Shown here one piece after another: positions 50,420-63,386 of a stretch of DNA of 64,000 bases (its first letter is position 1; each line of letters opens with the position of its first letter). Position numbers and translations under genes: made by a program. The DNA is from Octopus sinensis (lineage: Eukaryota): assembly GCF_006345805.1 (NCBI RefSeq), contig NC_043017.1, forward strand, positions 23,002,001-23,066,000. Direction: 5' to 3'. The notes under the pieces are model-generated. The model was given only the letters and a program-made list of their open reading frames with translations, did not search any database and was not told the DNA's origin.

Positions 50420-51479
50420 GACGGTAGGGTGTAGTTAAAGGGAGATTTGATGGCTAATTCTAGCTGGTCGAGCGACAATGCAGAGGCTCCTCTTGTGGAT
50501 TTATTTTGTATTTTCTAATCTTTTGTAATGGAGGAAGGGCTGTGCTCGTGACTTTGGCAGACCCTTCCCGTTGAGATTGATGCTGTTTATGTTCCGCTTG
50601 AACTGTGGAAAATCAACGATTGCAGGAAGAAGATATGAAAGAGGGTATTACAGCGGTTGGACGTTCAGGGTGGGAAGATATTGACATAGTAAGTGCAAGG
50701 CCCGGATAAGGGTGGGACACAATATAAGGGACATGAGGAGGAGGGAAGCAGGGAAGTGAAGGTGGCAGAAAAACAGCCAGATCTTGAGGACCAGGGGCAA
50801 ATTAATAGCGTTAGTGTGTGGGCCAGTGGTTTTGGTGGTGTCTTTTAATCAGACTTTCAAACTGTAAGCATCCCGCCTTAATTATTTATTTAGGTGCTAT
50901 ATTTTCTTATATCTTTGGAATAAGTATCTTCGGGTTATCCCCTGTTTTTCCTGTTGCAATGAGGGCACGTGACCCGTTTCTCGAAAAAGATTGCCCATAC
51001 CTGGTTAAGACCCACATTCTCTCTTTTTACATTCATCGTTAACAGCACAAATTGATTTTCAACTCTTTCTTTGTTGTTGCCCAGAGGACTGTCGTCTTCA
51101 CAACAGATATTGATTCCAAATTTTGGCACAAGGGCAGCAATTTTGAGGGGTGGCGGTAAGTCGATTACATCGACTCCAGCGCTCAACTGGTACATATTTT
51201 ATCGTCCCCGAAAAAGTAAAAGGTAAAGTAGACCTTGGCGAAATTTGAACTTAGGACGTAAAGGCAGACAAAATACTGCTAAGTATTTTTCCCGGCGTGC
51301 TAACCATTCTGCCAGCTGGTTGCCTTCATAACAGGTATTGTTAGAAGTTCTCTGCTCCAGTCTGTATACTGCATGGATAATGAATTGATCACATAGCTGT
51401 CTCCCTGTACAGTCGTTTCTAACGTAGGTACAAGACTTGAGATTTCAGTGTAGGAGATTGGCATATTAAATCAACTCCA

Positions 51480-51600
51480 GTCTTTGACTCACTTTTGTCT
51501 ATTTCGCTGTACAGTGAAAACAAGTCTGGTGATAGTACACACCTCTGTTGTACTTCCTTCTTGGACCAAAAACCGCGAACCGGTGATGACGACTGGAATA
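51480..51600 (-). mobile_element. RTE reverse-transcriptase fragment
   Basis: KEVQQRCVLSPDLFSLYSEI resembles the GVRQGCVLSP motif. Confidence 0.65.
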
Positions 51601-51642
51601 CGAAAAAGAAAAAAACATAAAAAAGATGGTCAGTGAAACATT

Positions 51643-52045
51643 GGATCTTTTCGGTTTGAACGGCAGTTTTTAACATAATTTCTAGGTAACTAAAAAATTT
51701 TAAACTTCGTATACTGGTAGAATGTGTTTATAAAACATCTTTTTCTCTTGGCTTTATTGAGAAAATTCTATAGTTTGTAAGATATTTGTTGTTTTTTCTT
51801 CGATTTCTGCAATTTTAACCAATCAATTGAGGTAAAAAAAAAACATTCTGTGCCGTATTAATATGTCCCTCGTTTAAGAAACAGATTGGGTTTATTTACA
51901 TTTGTGAAGAAAAAAGATACCCTTCCCCCTCACCCTAACCCTAAAACAGATTGAAATGCAATAGATCGATACTAGGGTCATAATTATGGGTGACAATTTC
52001 ATATGACACCGCTAGAAAAAACTACCGTTCAAACCGAAAAGATCC
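51643..52045 (-). mobile_element. GGATC-ended MITE, inverted relative to 50015-50419
   Basis: Same TIRs, with the interior in the opposite orientation. Confidence 0.88.
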
Positions 52046-52269
52046 GAGTCTTTTTTTTTTTCTTTTTTCTACTTTTTCTAATAGTTGACATTAAAATTAC
52101 ATACTTTGTTTAACAAATTAGAAATATTTAAGTTCATGAACAACGTTCAGTGAAACTGGAGATGATGGGGACAGAAATAACATAATTCGGTTTCTTAAAC
52201 GAGATTTCATATTAGTCATTGCATAGACTGCAAATAGCTTTCTTCTACCTCGTGCCTGGCCTACAAACA

Positions 52270-53040
52270 TAGGTGATTATGGTCCTCTACTCCTTCTAGT
52301 CCCCACACAGCAAATTACTGGGTCAGTCTTTCTGCAACCAGATGGTAAAGCCATCGAGTATCTTCTGTCTCTCTTTATTCTCTCTCTCTCTCTGCTTCTT
52401 CCTTTAAGTTTTCCGGTTGCCATTAAGTATTGCTGGCTATGTATTCTCATGATATCCAACAAACTTTGCTTGATGCCCCCCGTTTATGTTGCTTTCTACC
52501 GGTTACTACCAGCCTAAAGACTTCGCGTTTGGTTATCCTTGCTGTATAGACTTTCTGCTTTTCTACATTCATCTGAGGAACCACATTTGTGCAGCATTGA
52601 GAAGCTTTTTCTACTTGTTAGTTGACGTTCCACATCACACACCAATATGTAGAAATGAATTTTACGTATCCCTTAAGGACTCTTTCCCTCATTTTTATAG
52701 ACAGCCATTTATTTGACGATGTATGTTTGCTTTCACACAAAGCAACTACAGCCTGTCCAATCTTTGATTTAATTCGTTTTTCCCATTTGATGTAACAATG
52801 GTTCCCAAATATTTAAAATTATCGACTTGTTTCAAGGTTGTTCCATTCATTCTTATGTCATAAATTGGTGGGTTCTTTGATTATTTTTTTGTGTCGTCTG
52901 TGTCGTCTGCATAACTAATGGATTGTCCTTCTTGCTAAATGTCCTTTAGCTAGCAGAATTATTTCGCCGTACGATGAAAACGGATCTGGTGATAACATTC
53001 AACCCTGTCGTACACCCCTCTTGAACTGCCAAGCATGTTC
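52270..53040 (-). mobile_element. degenerate RTE LINE (RT domains to C-terminus)
   Basis: In order: KRGVRQG*MLSPDPFSSYGE, LKQVDNFKYLGTIVTSNG, TARITKREV, DIMR...ATGKLKGRSR. Confidence 0.8.
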
Positions 53041-54952
53041 CTACCATGTTCTAATAAGCAGGCGGTGTTAATAATTACTAAAGCCGCTGCTATTTCTATT
53101 GCTGTTTTAGCCCAAGGTTAGCCTTGACCAAGCTGATTTGTGGTAAAAAGCAATCAAATCATAACAATTCAAGTTTTCTTTTAGCAACGATTCTGTTCTC
53201 TCGACTACATTATCCAAACTTGGAACTGGCAATTTTTAGAATATCATTCTCACTGTGTTAGGGTTCATGTTTCCCCCTCCTCCATTAAATCTCATTCATA
53301 TGTCCAAAAATGGACAAATTCGTCTATAGGTCCTTTTTTGAAAACGGATGTGATTCAGTCAGGGCTGAAATGTGAATAAGCAGTAACATAGTATAAATTT
53401 CTTGAGAAAATGTATTCTGTTAATTCCGTTGGTCAATAAATTGATTTCTTTTCGCTGAAAGGCACAATGCCAAATATTGTACTAAACCGGGTTGAATGGA
53501 TTTCTCGCTATATTTTATTGATGTCAGTGGAATGGTAAGCAGGTCCTATATTGGCGGGGTTTCAATACAGAAAATAATGGAGTTGAAACTAATTACTATA
53601 CAGTGCGTTTAGTGCAAAAGTATTATGAATATTAATATGGGAACAGCTGCATGGTTAAGACGGTTTTTAGGGTTCGGTCCTACTGCACTTTGAGCAGGTG
53701 CCTTCTATTATTGCCTTGAGTGGACCAAAGCCTTGTAATTTAAATTTGGTCGACAGAAACTCCGGAGAAGCCCCATGGAGGAAAGAATAGTTCCTGTTCT
53801 TGATTGCTAGACTTAATTAGTCAGCCTGTTTAATAGCGTCATTGGGGTTCACTCCTACATACCCGCAGAGGGATCTACACAGCAGACTTGACCACAAATG
53901 CTTGCATTCGGACCAGGTCTCCGGTCTGAATGTAAGCTCTTCCTTTCTTCTTGCCAGTCAAAGAATTCCTAAAACTGGTCAACACACATGAACATACACT
54001 TTGGATGGATACACACACACACACACACTTTTCTTCTTCTGCTCACTAAGCAAATTTATATTTATTCAGATGTGCCATCTGCATGTAAATAATAAAGTTA
54101 GTGTTAACATAGAGGGGGCATCAAGGGACTAACTAAAAATAATTGTAAGATGAAGAAAAAACGACTAATATTATCTTATTTGGCTAAAAGGGGAAACAAC
54201 TCCAGACAAGTTTTGGTTTTACTGACCTCCTCAGCGGCACATAATAATGAAGTAACTTCACTGAAGTAATGATGAATCACCAAGCAAATGTAAATTAATG
54301 CTAACACTGATTAGTGAAAGCAAATTGAATTGTTTAATAGAATTCGTTTACAGAATCTTTTTAGTGACAATTTTATCGATCAATAAAATTTTTAAAAGCA
54401 CAAATAAAACAACCAGGTGAATTCAGGTGACCTGCTTTAAAGCTAACATCCTGAGCAGTAACACGGATGATGTTCCTGAGATATTTACATTGGACATCAT
54501 GCTATGTTGTCACACCTGCAGATATGCACATTGCCCTGAGTATGCAGACCTCTCTCTCTCTCTAACTATCTAACAAGTCACGTAATTGATTATACTTCTT
54601 TGAGGAGGTCAAATATGACTGAAACCTGTCCGGAGATATCTGCACCGTCTAATTGGAGGATAACTGAATTGGGACTTTGGTGCAACAAACCATTCCACCC
54701 CAGCATATTACATCAAATTTTCACCCTTACCATTTCGTTGTTCGACAATGTCTACCTCTCCTCTTAATTAGTATACTCTTGATTAATTAGATTTTCAAGC
54801 TTACCGTGTAACGTATGTTAGTGCTTGCTTTACTAGTTATTCGCTGTATCATGTTACTTCAATTTCCGCTAATTCTCGACCCAGAAACGATAATCTGTGT
54901 GTGCTTATGTTCATATATATACATTGTCTATGTGTGCAGATGTGTGTATACA

Positions 54953-54989
<37 letters not shown>

Positions 54990-55363
54990 GCATTGTGAAT
55001 ATGTATACATATAGTGTGTGTGTGTGTGTGTGTGTATGCATTTATACACACAGCCCTCTCAAGCAAACCCGTCACTCCCACGCTTCTGATAATATTTTCT
55101 GAACTGAACTTACTCCAGTGCATGCGATTATATTTATAATTTATTATCACAAGTTGTGTTACGAGACCTGATCATATTTCGACATTTTCTCCTGACTCGC
55201 AGTTTTCAGTTCTGTTACGAAACCGTTCCAGTCGCTCCTTTATATTTCATAGCACGTGCCACTCCTTCACATTTCAGGGTTTTTTTGGGGGTTTTTTTGC
55301 CTCAGTTATTGGACTGCGGCCATGCTGTAGGGACCGCTTTGACAGGTTTTAGTCACACAATAA

Positions 55364-55660
55364 GGCGGCGAGCTGGCAGAAACGTTAGCACGCTGGGCGA
55401 ATTCGTCTGCCGTTACGTTGTGAGTTCAAATTCCGCCGAGGTCGACTTTGCCTTTCATCCTTTCGGTGTCGAATAAGTTAAGTACCAGTTACGCACTGGG
55501 GTCGATGTAATTGACTTAATACCTATGTCTGTCTTTGTTTGTCCCCTCTATGTTTAGCCCCTTGTGGGTAATAAAGAAATAGGTATTTCGTCTGCCGTTA
55601 CGTTCTGAGTTCAAATTCCGCCGAGGTCGATGTTTAGCCCCTTGTGGGTAATAAAGAAAT
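55364..55660 (+). mobile_element. SINE-A multimer
   Basis: Junction GAAATAG|GTATTTCG at about 55581. Confidence 0.85.
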
Positions 55661-56106
55661 AGGTTTTAGTCACACAAAATCGACCTCAGCAATAACGTTA
55701 AGTCTCTTATTCTATCGGTCTCTATTGTCCAACCGCTATGTACGGGAGCGTAAACAAACCAATACCGGTTGTCAAGCGATCGATGTGGGAAGAGGACAGA
55801 CTCGGACACGCATGCGCTCACATCGGGCTTCCACAGAGTTTTCGTCTATCAAATTCACTCACAAAGTATTTGTTAGCCCGGGACAATAGATCATTGCCTA
55901 AGGTGCCGTAGAGCGAGACTGAACCCCAAACCATATGGCTGCAAAGCGAGCTTCCTAACCACACAGTTATGCTTGATGTTGTTTATATATTATCTCACAC
56001 AGACATAAGGCCAAAAATTAGAGGCGACGTCGGGGTAGACATACATTGGGTATGTCAGTTTATTTTACTAGCTTTACGTCAATTTTCTACTTCTATATTA
56101 GATCGG

Positions 56107-56790
56107 GGATCTTTTCACTTTGACCGGCAGATTTTTAAAATAATTTCTTTATAACTAAACACATTTAAACTTCGTATACTAGTAGAATGTGTTACACAAA
56201 ACATCTTTCTCTTTTGGCTTTGTTGAGAAAATTCTGTAGTTTGTAAGCTATTTCTTGTTAAATTTCTTGCATTTCGGCAATTTCAACCAATCAATGGACG
56301 TCTATTGAGGTGAATACAGTTTCTGCAGTTGTTTGTCAATGCGGTGTCATATCAGTTTGTCGCTGTTATTTATGACATATTTCATATCAGTTACGTTCGT
56401 ATGAATAAAAGATTATCGTTATTAAACTTTTATTAATAAACACATATTCTAAGTTCACAACATATGCAGTTTTAATTTCCCTCTCTGTTGCACAGATACA
56501 CACATTACATATTATGTATTCGTTTAAGAAACTGATATGACACCGCCAGAAAATGTTATTGACAACGAACAGCAGGAATTGTATTCACCTCAATAGACGT
56601 CATTGATTGGTTGAAATTGCCGAAATGCAAGAAATTTAACAAGAAATAGCTTACAAACTACAGAATTTTCTCAACAAAGCCAAGAGAGAAAGATGTTTTG
56701 TGTAACACATTCTACCAGTATACGAAGTTTAAAAGTGTTTAGTTACAAAGAAATTATTTTAAAAATCTGCCGGTCAAAGTGAAAAGATCC
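56107..56790. mobile_element. fold-back GGATC-ended MITE with about 255-bp inverted arms
   Basis: Arms 56107-56358 and 56529-56790; 8-bp TSD TAGATCGG/TACATCGG. Confidence 0.9.
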
Positions 56791-58849
56791 TACATCGGTA
56801 AAATAAAGTCTAAATAAAATGCTGGGATCGATATAATCAACTAATACTTCACCCAAAATTTCAGACCGTGTGCCTATGTAGGAGGCTAACAAGACGCCAT
56901 AGAATTCAGTTTCAAGCTGTCTGCATGCCTATCAGTTCAACGTTTCATCATTCATTGCCTCATTATTCTCCCCTTTCAAAAGATCTAGAATCGATCAATA
57001 AGCCTAGTTTGTGACGTTTTATTATCATAAAAAAAAGTGTGATAAAACGAGTTTTTTTCCTATATTTTATTAATTTTCAAAGTGCTATTGTTCATGTTTG
57101 ACTAAAATGGCGCTCGCGTCGTCTTCGTTGTCGTCTGCACGTTAAAACAAAACAAAACAAATACGACGCTAATATATTTCTGTAACACAGAAGGCATGCT
57201 AATTCAATTGTTTAAATCAAGGACATTCACCCAAAAACACCATAAGCAAACATGATTCATGACAATATGACAAGAGAATGGCATTTATTAACGTCACGTT
57301 CTCTACTCGATGCAGTCTCTTCAATTTTTCATAAAATATAGAACTGAATCTTTGAAGAAGCAATTCAAAAGCATCTCGTCTCTGTTTTGAGGGGTGGAGG
57401 AATTTCTTTTCTATTTGTTATTCTTCGTTTCTTCTGAGTACGAATCTTTTCCGTTTTTGACACATTCTACCAGTATACGAAGTTTTAAAGTGTTTAGTTA
57501 ACTAGAAATTGTGTTGAAATATGGTTATCAAAAGGAAAAGATCCGTATTTTCTTGTAAGGCAACGTTAGATTGGCAGATGAAAATGTCTTGCGCTATTTG
57601 TTGCAACTCTTTACATTCTGGTTTCAATTCCTGCCAAGGTCACCAGCTTTGCCTTTGACTGTTATTTCCAGCACATTGCGCGACCACCTAGAAACTCCCC
57701 TCTTTTGTTCAGTAAAAGAGGTATTTTCTACAATATCAAGACAATGTCCTTCAGTCATTAGCTACATCATAAAATGGCAAGGTGTGATGTGTAGGAGATT
57801 TGACTGTCATTTCCAGCACATTGGGCAACCACGTAAAATCTCCCCCCTCTTGTTCAGTAAAAGAGATCTCTACAAAACCAACAAGACAATTTCCTCCTGT
57901 CACCTGCCACACCCTAAATCTGTTACCTTAACTCTCCAGACAAAAAACTGATACCGATTTCCTACAGAGTAGACAAACAAAGAAGTTGCACAACGAAGTA
58001 TCCATGACAACGGGGTATGTGAAATTCGAATCTAATTCTGCGACATATGGGCCCAGGAGCCCCACCCCTTTGCCGGATTGAGGCTTGGTGATGTTATATT
58101 GCGAAAACATATATACATAGTCTTTCTGTTTCGAAATATTATAAATTCCCCAATATAATAATGGTTTCAAAATTCGGTACAAGGCCAGCAATTTCATGGG
58201 AGTTCAGTAAGTCGATTACATCAACCCCAGTATTCGACTGGTACTTACTTTATCGATCCTGAAAGGATGGAAGGCGATCAATTTTCCGCTACTTTACCAT
58301 GGCGGTTGGTGATGGGGGTGGAAATGAAGTTTTTACCAACGGGAATAATCGATGGTCGTTACCGTCATTACTTGCGCATTAAATCGACAACGCTGAGATG
58401 CTGGCTGCGTGTGTATATATGTGCGTAAAGTGTGTGTGTGTATCTATATCGTATGTACAAGTCCGAGTCTGTGTGTGTGTGTATACACACACCACATAAA
58501 TGAGAGAGGTGTTGTAAACATATTGATGCAGAAACAAATGTCAACTACTTTTTTTTCTAAATATGATACATTATTAACCAAAACAAAAATATTTCGATTA
58601 TAATCCTCATTTCAACGTGTCTGGCAATATTATTTCTCAACATATTTTCCTCTTAAGCCAGGAGCTCTGCACTACTGAAATTACAAGATATCTTTCAATC
58701 AATCAACCAGTCACTGTGTCTCTGGTCAACATACTGACAACTTTGTCCATTTTGTTGTTGACATAGTAACATGATTCACTAGTTCACTGCTGTAGTCAGT
58801 GGTAGCACTGTAATATTGCTCAGTATCATATTGTAATGTGTTTGTAATG

Positions 58850-59310
58850 TTAGCCTCGTGGTTGTGGTGTTGTTTCGATTCCAGGGCTGGGCTGGACGGT
58901 ACGTCGTGTTCTTGGGCAAAACACTTTATTTCACGTTGCTCCAGTTTACACAGTTGTAGACGAGTAATCCTGCGATGGACTGGCGTCCTGTTCAAGAAGA
59001 ATGTTGCGATTTTGGTCGCTCATGGAAATCAGGTAACCGGCATAGCAATCAGCAAAGGGTTTGATTAGTCCACGTTACTCTTTAAGGAACATAGAGCCGG
59101 TTTCCTAGTTTCTCTGGCGTATATCTTCCTCTCTGGACGGGACGCCTGTCCGTGGCCGGGTCTCTCATTTTTACCTATTGAGTGGAATAGACAACATGAA
59201 ATGAAGTGTTTTACTCAAGAACACAACGCATTGCCCGGTCCAGGAATCGAAACCACAGCCTTATGATCGTGAGTCCAACACCCTAACCACTAAGCCATGC
59301 GCTTTCACTA
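58850..59310. mobile_element. tail-to-tail pair of tRNA/CORE SINEs with V-domain-like segment
   Basis: Plus copy with CCTGCGATGGACTGGCGTCCTGTTC; minus copy with CACGGACAGGCGTCCCGTCCAG. Confidence 0.6.
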
Positions 59311-59610
59311 ACTATGCACCTCCACCAGTGGGTTTACTTTACTACATTTGAGAGGTTATGAGAGCTCATGCTCACAAACACTCACAGACAGTGAAGGTTT
59401 GTGCGCTCCTAGCTGTCCTTCTCCGGGTCTGGCTGCCTTTCAAGGCTGCCGAACCCAGACCACCGCACTACTTACATTAACAGTGTGGCTCAGGCAAAAG
59501 CAAAGAACTGCTTCAATCTCTACGGTCGTACAACGTGCCAGACGTTGTTAACTTTACCATTTCTAAATCCCCACATTTGAGGATAATTCAGATCTTTAAA
59601 TTACGTTACA

Positions 59611-59690
<80 letters not shown>

Positions 59691-60239
59691 CTCTCTACCT
59701 CTCTCGCTCTTTATCTCTCTTTACCTCTCTCTGTCTCTGTCTCCCCCTCTTCATATTTTCTTTTTCCTTCTGTTTATATATCCAAATTTAAAGTGAAATT
59801 AAATGACACGTGGTATGTTTTTAAAGTTAGGCGTGCCTTTATTTTAAAAAAAGCTCTCTTTTCCTCGTAGAATAGCCGCATAATGCTGAGTGTATGTGTA
59901 AGTTCATCTTGGAAGCTTAACTAGGGATCGGCTACTTGACTCTTTTTACAATTTTGATTCCAATATTTTGGGACAAATATAAGTACTTTCAGTTGACAAA
60001 TTAAAAATAGGAAAAAGGAAGAGAATAAAAAGCACCACCCATTTCAATCAGACTTGCGTTATCAACTTACATCTAAATTGGGAACTATTCACGTCTCTCT
60101 TTCTCTCTCTCCTCTGTGTGTGTGTGTATGTGTGTAAACGCGTTCAATAATCACGAATATCAAATTTTTTGTCAGCGTTAAATTTGTTGGTGCGTGGGAT
60201 AAAATCCAGCCAATACATGACTGGTTTTTATTTCATCCC

Positions 60240-60759
60240 CATTGAAAATCGGTTTTGTGCAGCTCCAGGCGAACAGTTTTTGTGGAAACAGGGTTCTCGA
60301 GGTGGTCATTACGCTCTGCAGTAATTTGGGGAGCTGTGCTTTTGTGATCCTTTCTAACAATTCGCGTAAGAGTCCGACGGTCCCTGTCTGAAAGTTTTGG
60401 TTTTCTTCCAGAGTTTTGTCTCGACGAGGAGGTTTTTTTCCCTTTTTCTCAAAGGCTGTCATTACATTCGAAACAGTACTTCTTGATACACCAAACATTT
60501 CGGCTGTTTCCGTTACACTAGCGCCTGCCATACGTGCACCAATAATTTGACGTCTTTGAAAGTCTGATAGATTTGTCATTTTAACGAATTTTAACTACCT
60601 TTTTCTGATGATATCTGAAAAGAAAGAGCAATTTTAGCAAAACATATTAAGCAACACTAATAATAAATCAAAGAACATAAAATAAACAAGCTTTTGACGG
60701 TTTTATAGATATTTCAAAATTATGATGTTAGGTGTTTCCTTTATTTTGTCCAACCCCTG
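60240..60759 (-). pseudogene. Tc1-like transposon 5' fragment
   Basis: TIR CAGGGGTTGGACAAAATAAAGGAAACACCT at 60730-60759; MTNLSDFQRRQIIGARMAGASVTETAEMFGVSRSTVSNVM paired-like HTH, then frameshifted and truncated. Confidence 0.9.
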
Positions 60760-61219
60760 TTTCTTGTCCGGCGTGCTAACGATTCTGCTAACTCACCGTA
60801 ATAATAATTGCCTTGTATACTAGAAGATTGCACGAGAGGACAAAATCGTGAGGTGGGGGGTTACCTCAGGAATGAATAGAGAAGAATTTCTAAGGACAAA
60901 ATGTTTAAAATATGGAGCGACAGGCATATTCGAACCTGCAAGAAAGCCATTCGCTGTAGACAAATAGGTGTAAATACACCGGGTAAGCTCTCAGCGACAA
61001 AATGCAGTGACTGTCTTATGGGTTCGAGCATATTTTAACTGCTAACAAGTTTGTATTTAAAACGATTAAAATGTTATTAGTCATGTTTTTCCCCCCTCAT
61101 CACTTTATCAACACATCGTTGTGTCAACTCACATCATTGCAGCTGGTTTCACTGATACTGTCAGCCTCACCAGCTGCGGATAGTGTTAAAGGAAATCGGT
61201 GTCGATTCTCATATATAGG

Positions 61220-61374
61220 TGCAGGCGTGGCTGTGTGGTAAGTAGTTTCCCAATCACATGGTTCCAGGTTCAGTTCCAACTGCGTGACACTTTGGCCAAG
61301 TGTCTTCAATGATAGCCGTGGGCCGACCAAAGCTTTTTAAGTGGATTTCATTGATGGAAACTGAAAGAAGCCCG

Positions 61375-61409
<35 letters not shown>

Positions 61410-61570
61410 GTCCCATCACCGTTTGACAACCGGTAAAGACACCGATGGATTAAGTACCACGCTTACAAATAAAAATAATTACTGGGGTCGATTCTTTTGA
61501 CTAAAAACCTAAGGTGGTGCCCCAGCATGACCGCAGTCTAATGGCTGAAAACAAATAAAAAGATAAAGGA
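61220..61570 (+). mobile_element. SINE family B
   Basis: Homology to family B. Confidence 0.85.
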
Positions 61571-62323
61571 TGTAGAGGCGAATATTATTACACACGTGAA
61601 ATGGATGGAGAGCGTGAACTTAATCGAACTCCGGTCGTCTGATGGATGGGAAACCTGACCGAAGAGACTACCGCGAGATTTAAACTCGAGACGTGGGAGG
61701 CTTTCACGAATACTTCGAGTGACAGCCTCTCGTGTTACCCTTTTGGATGACTTCACTGTTGTGTGTGTGTGTGTGTGTGTACGTATATACATCGTAGTAA
61801 GACGATATGGTCGTAGAACACCTCATGCGCTACATTGTGCTCTTTGACTCATTAAAGGGCCGCATGTTTTGTTCATAAAGCCACACCTAACATTTAATTC
61901 GATAACACACACTACATACTTCCCTGTGAGGTGTAATGTGCTTTGTTGTTGTTGCTATAAACTGTTGCCAACATAGTTGATAGCTGACAGTAGCAATAAA
62001 ACATTAAAAATCAGTGAATGTGTAGAGAGCAAGTGGATGAGACGGGAAGTAAATTTGATGCTTTAATTCCAGTTCTTATCTGGCTCGTCAGCAGGCGTTA
62101 AGTGTGACTCAACTTTAAGATAGCATAAGTAAAATAAACAAACAAACAAATAGATAGATAATGAGATAGAGAGGAAGTCAAGGGAGGCGAAACTTGGACT
62201 ATATAAAACAGCCAGCAAAGGCGCAAACGAAAAAAAGGATCGTAGAGGATCGTACATGTGGATAAGAATACTGTTAACGTAAAGTAGACTGAGGGAAAAG
62301 ACGGACTTACAAGGGACATACGA

Positions 62324-62360
<37 letters not shown>

Positions 62361-62910
62361 ACGTACACAAAGCTGAGGCTGGATGACATAACATTAGTGA
62401 AGAAAGATGAAAAATATAAAGCAAGAAATGGGAGTGGAGTCTAAGAAAGGAAGGAAGGGAAGATAAAAGCGATCACAGTACAGTAAACGAAAGGGAACTG
62501 TGAAAGAACGTGTACATTCGTATCTAATACTTGTGAGTTAAGAATCTCGGGGGAATAAATTAGGTTGAAGATTAAGGATCCGAAAAATGGAAATATCATA
62601 TTTCCGCCCAAGTCCTAGTTGTCGTACGTTACGTTATTTCATTTTCTATTTTCATTCGGTTTTATGATTTGATTGAGCAGCCGACATCTTCTCGGCAACA
62701 GACGACAACATTGGGGGAAGGAAATATTTGTATGTAGACATCATTGGAAAGAATAAAGAACAATCTGATCTGTTTAATCTTTTAAATGGTTTTAAATAGT
62801 TTCTTTTTAACATTTCTAGAATTATGTAATATTCAACACAATTGCAGGATGTTAAATAGTGTGTGTACACTCGCGAACATAATATAAACAAATTCAGGGT
62901 CAGCATAGCC

Positions 62911-63060
62911 CAGTGGTTCCCAAACTTTTTAGAGTCGCGACCCACTATTTATCACACCAGTTTATGACGACTCTACTGAGTATCGCGATAGACAGCAGTT
63001 AATCAAAGCTAATGCATAATTTTATAATTTTTTGCGACCCACTAAGTTTGGGAACCACTG
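62911..63060. mobile_element. 150-bp hAT MITE
   Basis: TIR CAGTGGTTCCCAAACT; perfect 8-bp TSD GCATAGCC (62903-62910 and 63061-63068). Confidence 0.92.
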
Positions 63061-63153
63061 GCATAGCCTAATGGTTAAGAAGTTTATTTCGTTGTATTGA
63101 GGTCTAGGGTTCGATCCCACTGCAATGGTACTTTGAACTAGTTCTTTTATTAT

Positions 63154-63386
63154 TATTTCTTTACTGCCCACAAGGGGCTAAACACAGAGAGGACAAACAA
63201 GGACAGACAAAGGGATTAAGTCGATTAGATCGACCCCAGTGCGTAACTGGTACTTATTTAATCGACCCCGAAAGGATGAAAGGCAAAGTCGACCTCGGCG
63301 GAATTTGAACTCAGAACGTAACAACAGATGAAATACTGCTAAGCATTTCGCCCGGCGTGCTAACGTTTCTGCCAGCTCGCCGCCTT
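63154..63386 (-). mobile_element. SINE-A, full length with 16-bp TSD
   Basis: TSD CTAGTTCTTTTATTAT at 63138-63153 and 63387-63402. Confidence 0.92.

Noticed and set aside
57571-57951. 126-aa ORF with a 145-bp-period direct repeat
   Set aside because: The repeat unit is the reverse complement of a SINE-tail family also seen near 41490, 41740 and 50450; the ORF appears incidental.
60824-60982. Exon-like segment with AG and a GTAAGC donor
   Set aside because: All three frames contain stops and the acceptor is weak.
62060-62100. Third hammerhead on the minus strand (CTGACGA-GCCAG...CTGG)
   Set aside because: The GAAA core is missing; at best a decayed Penelope remnant.
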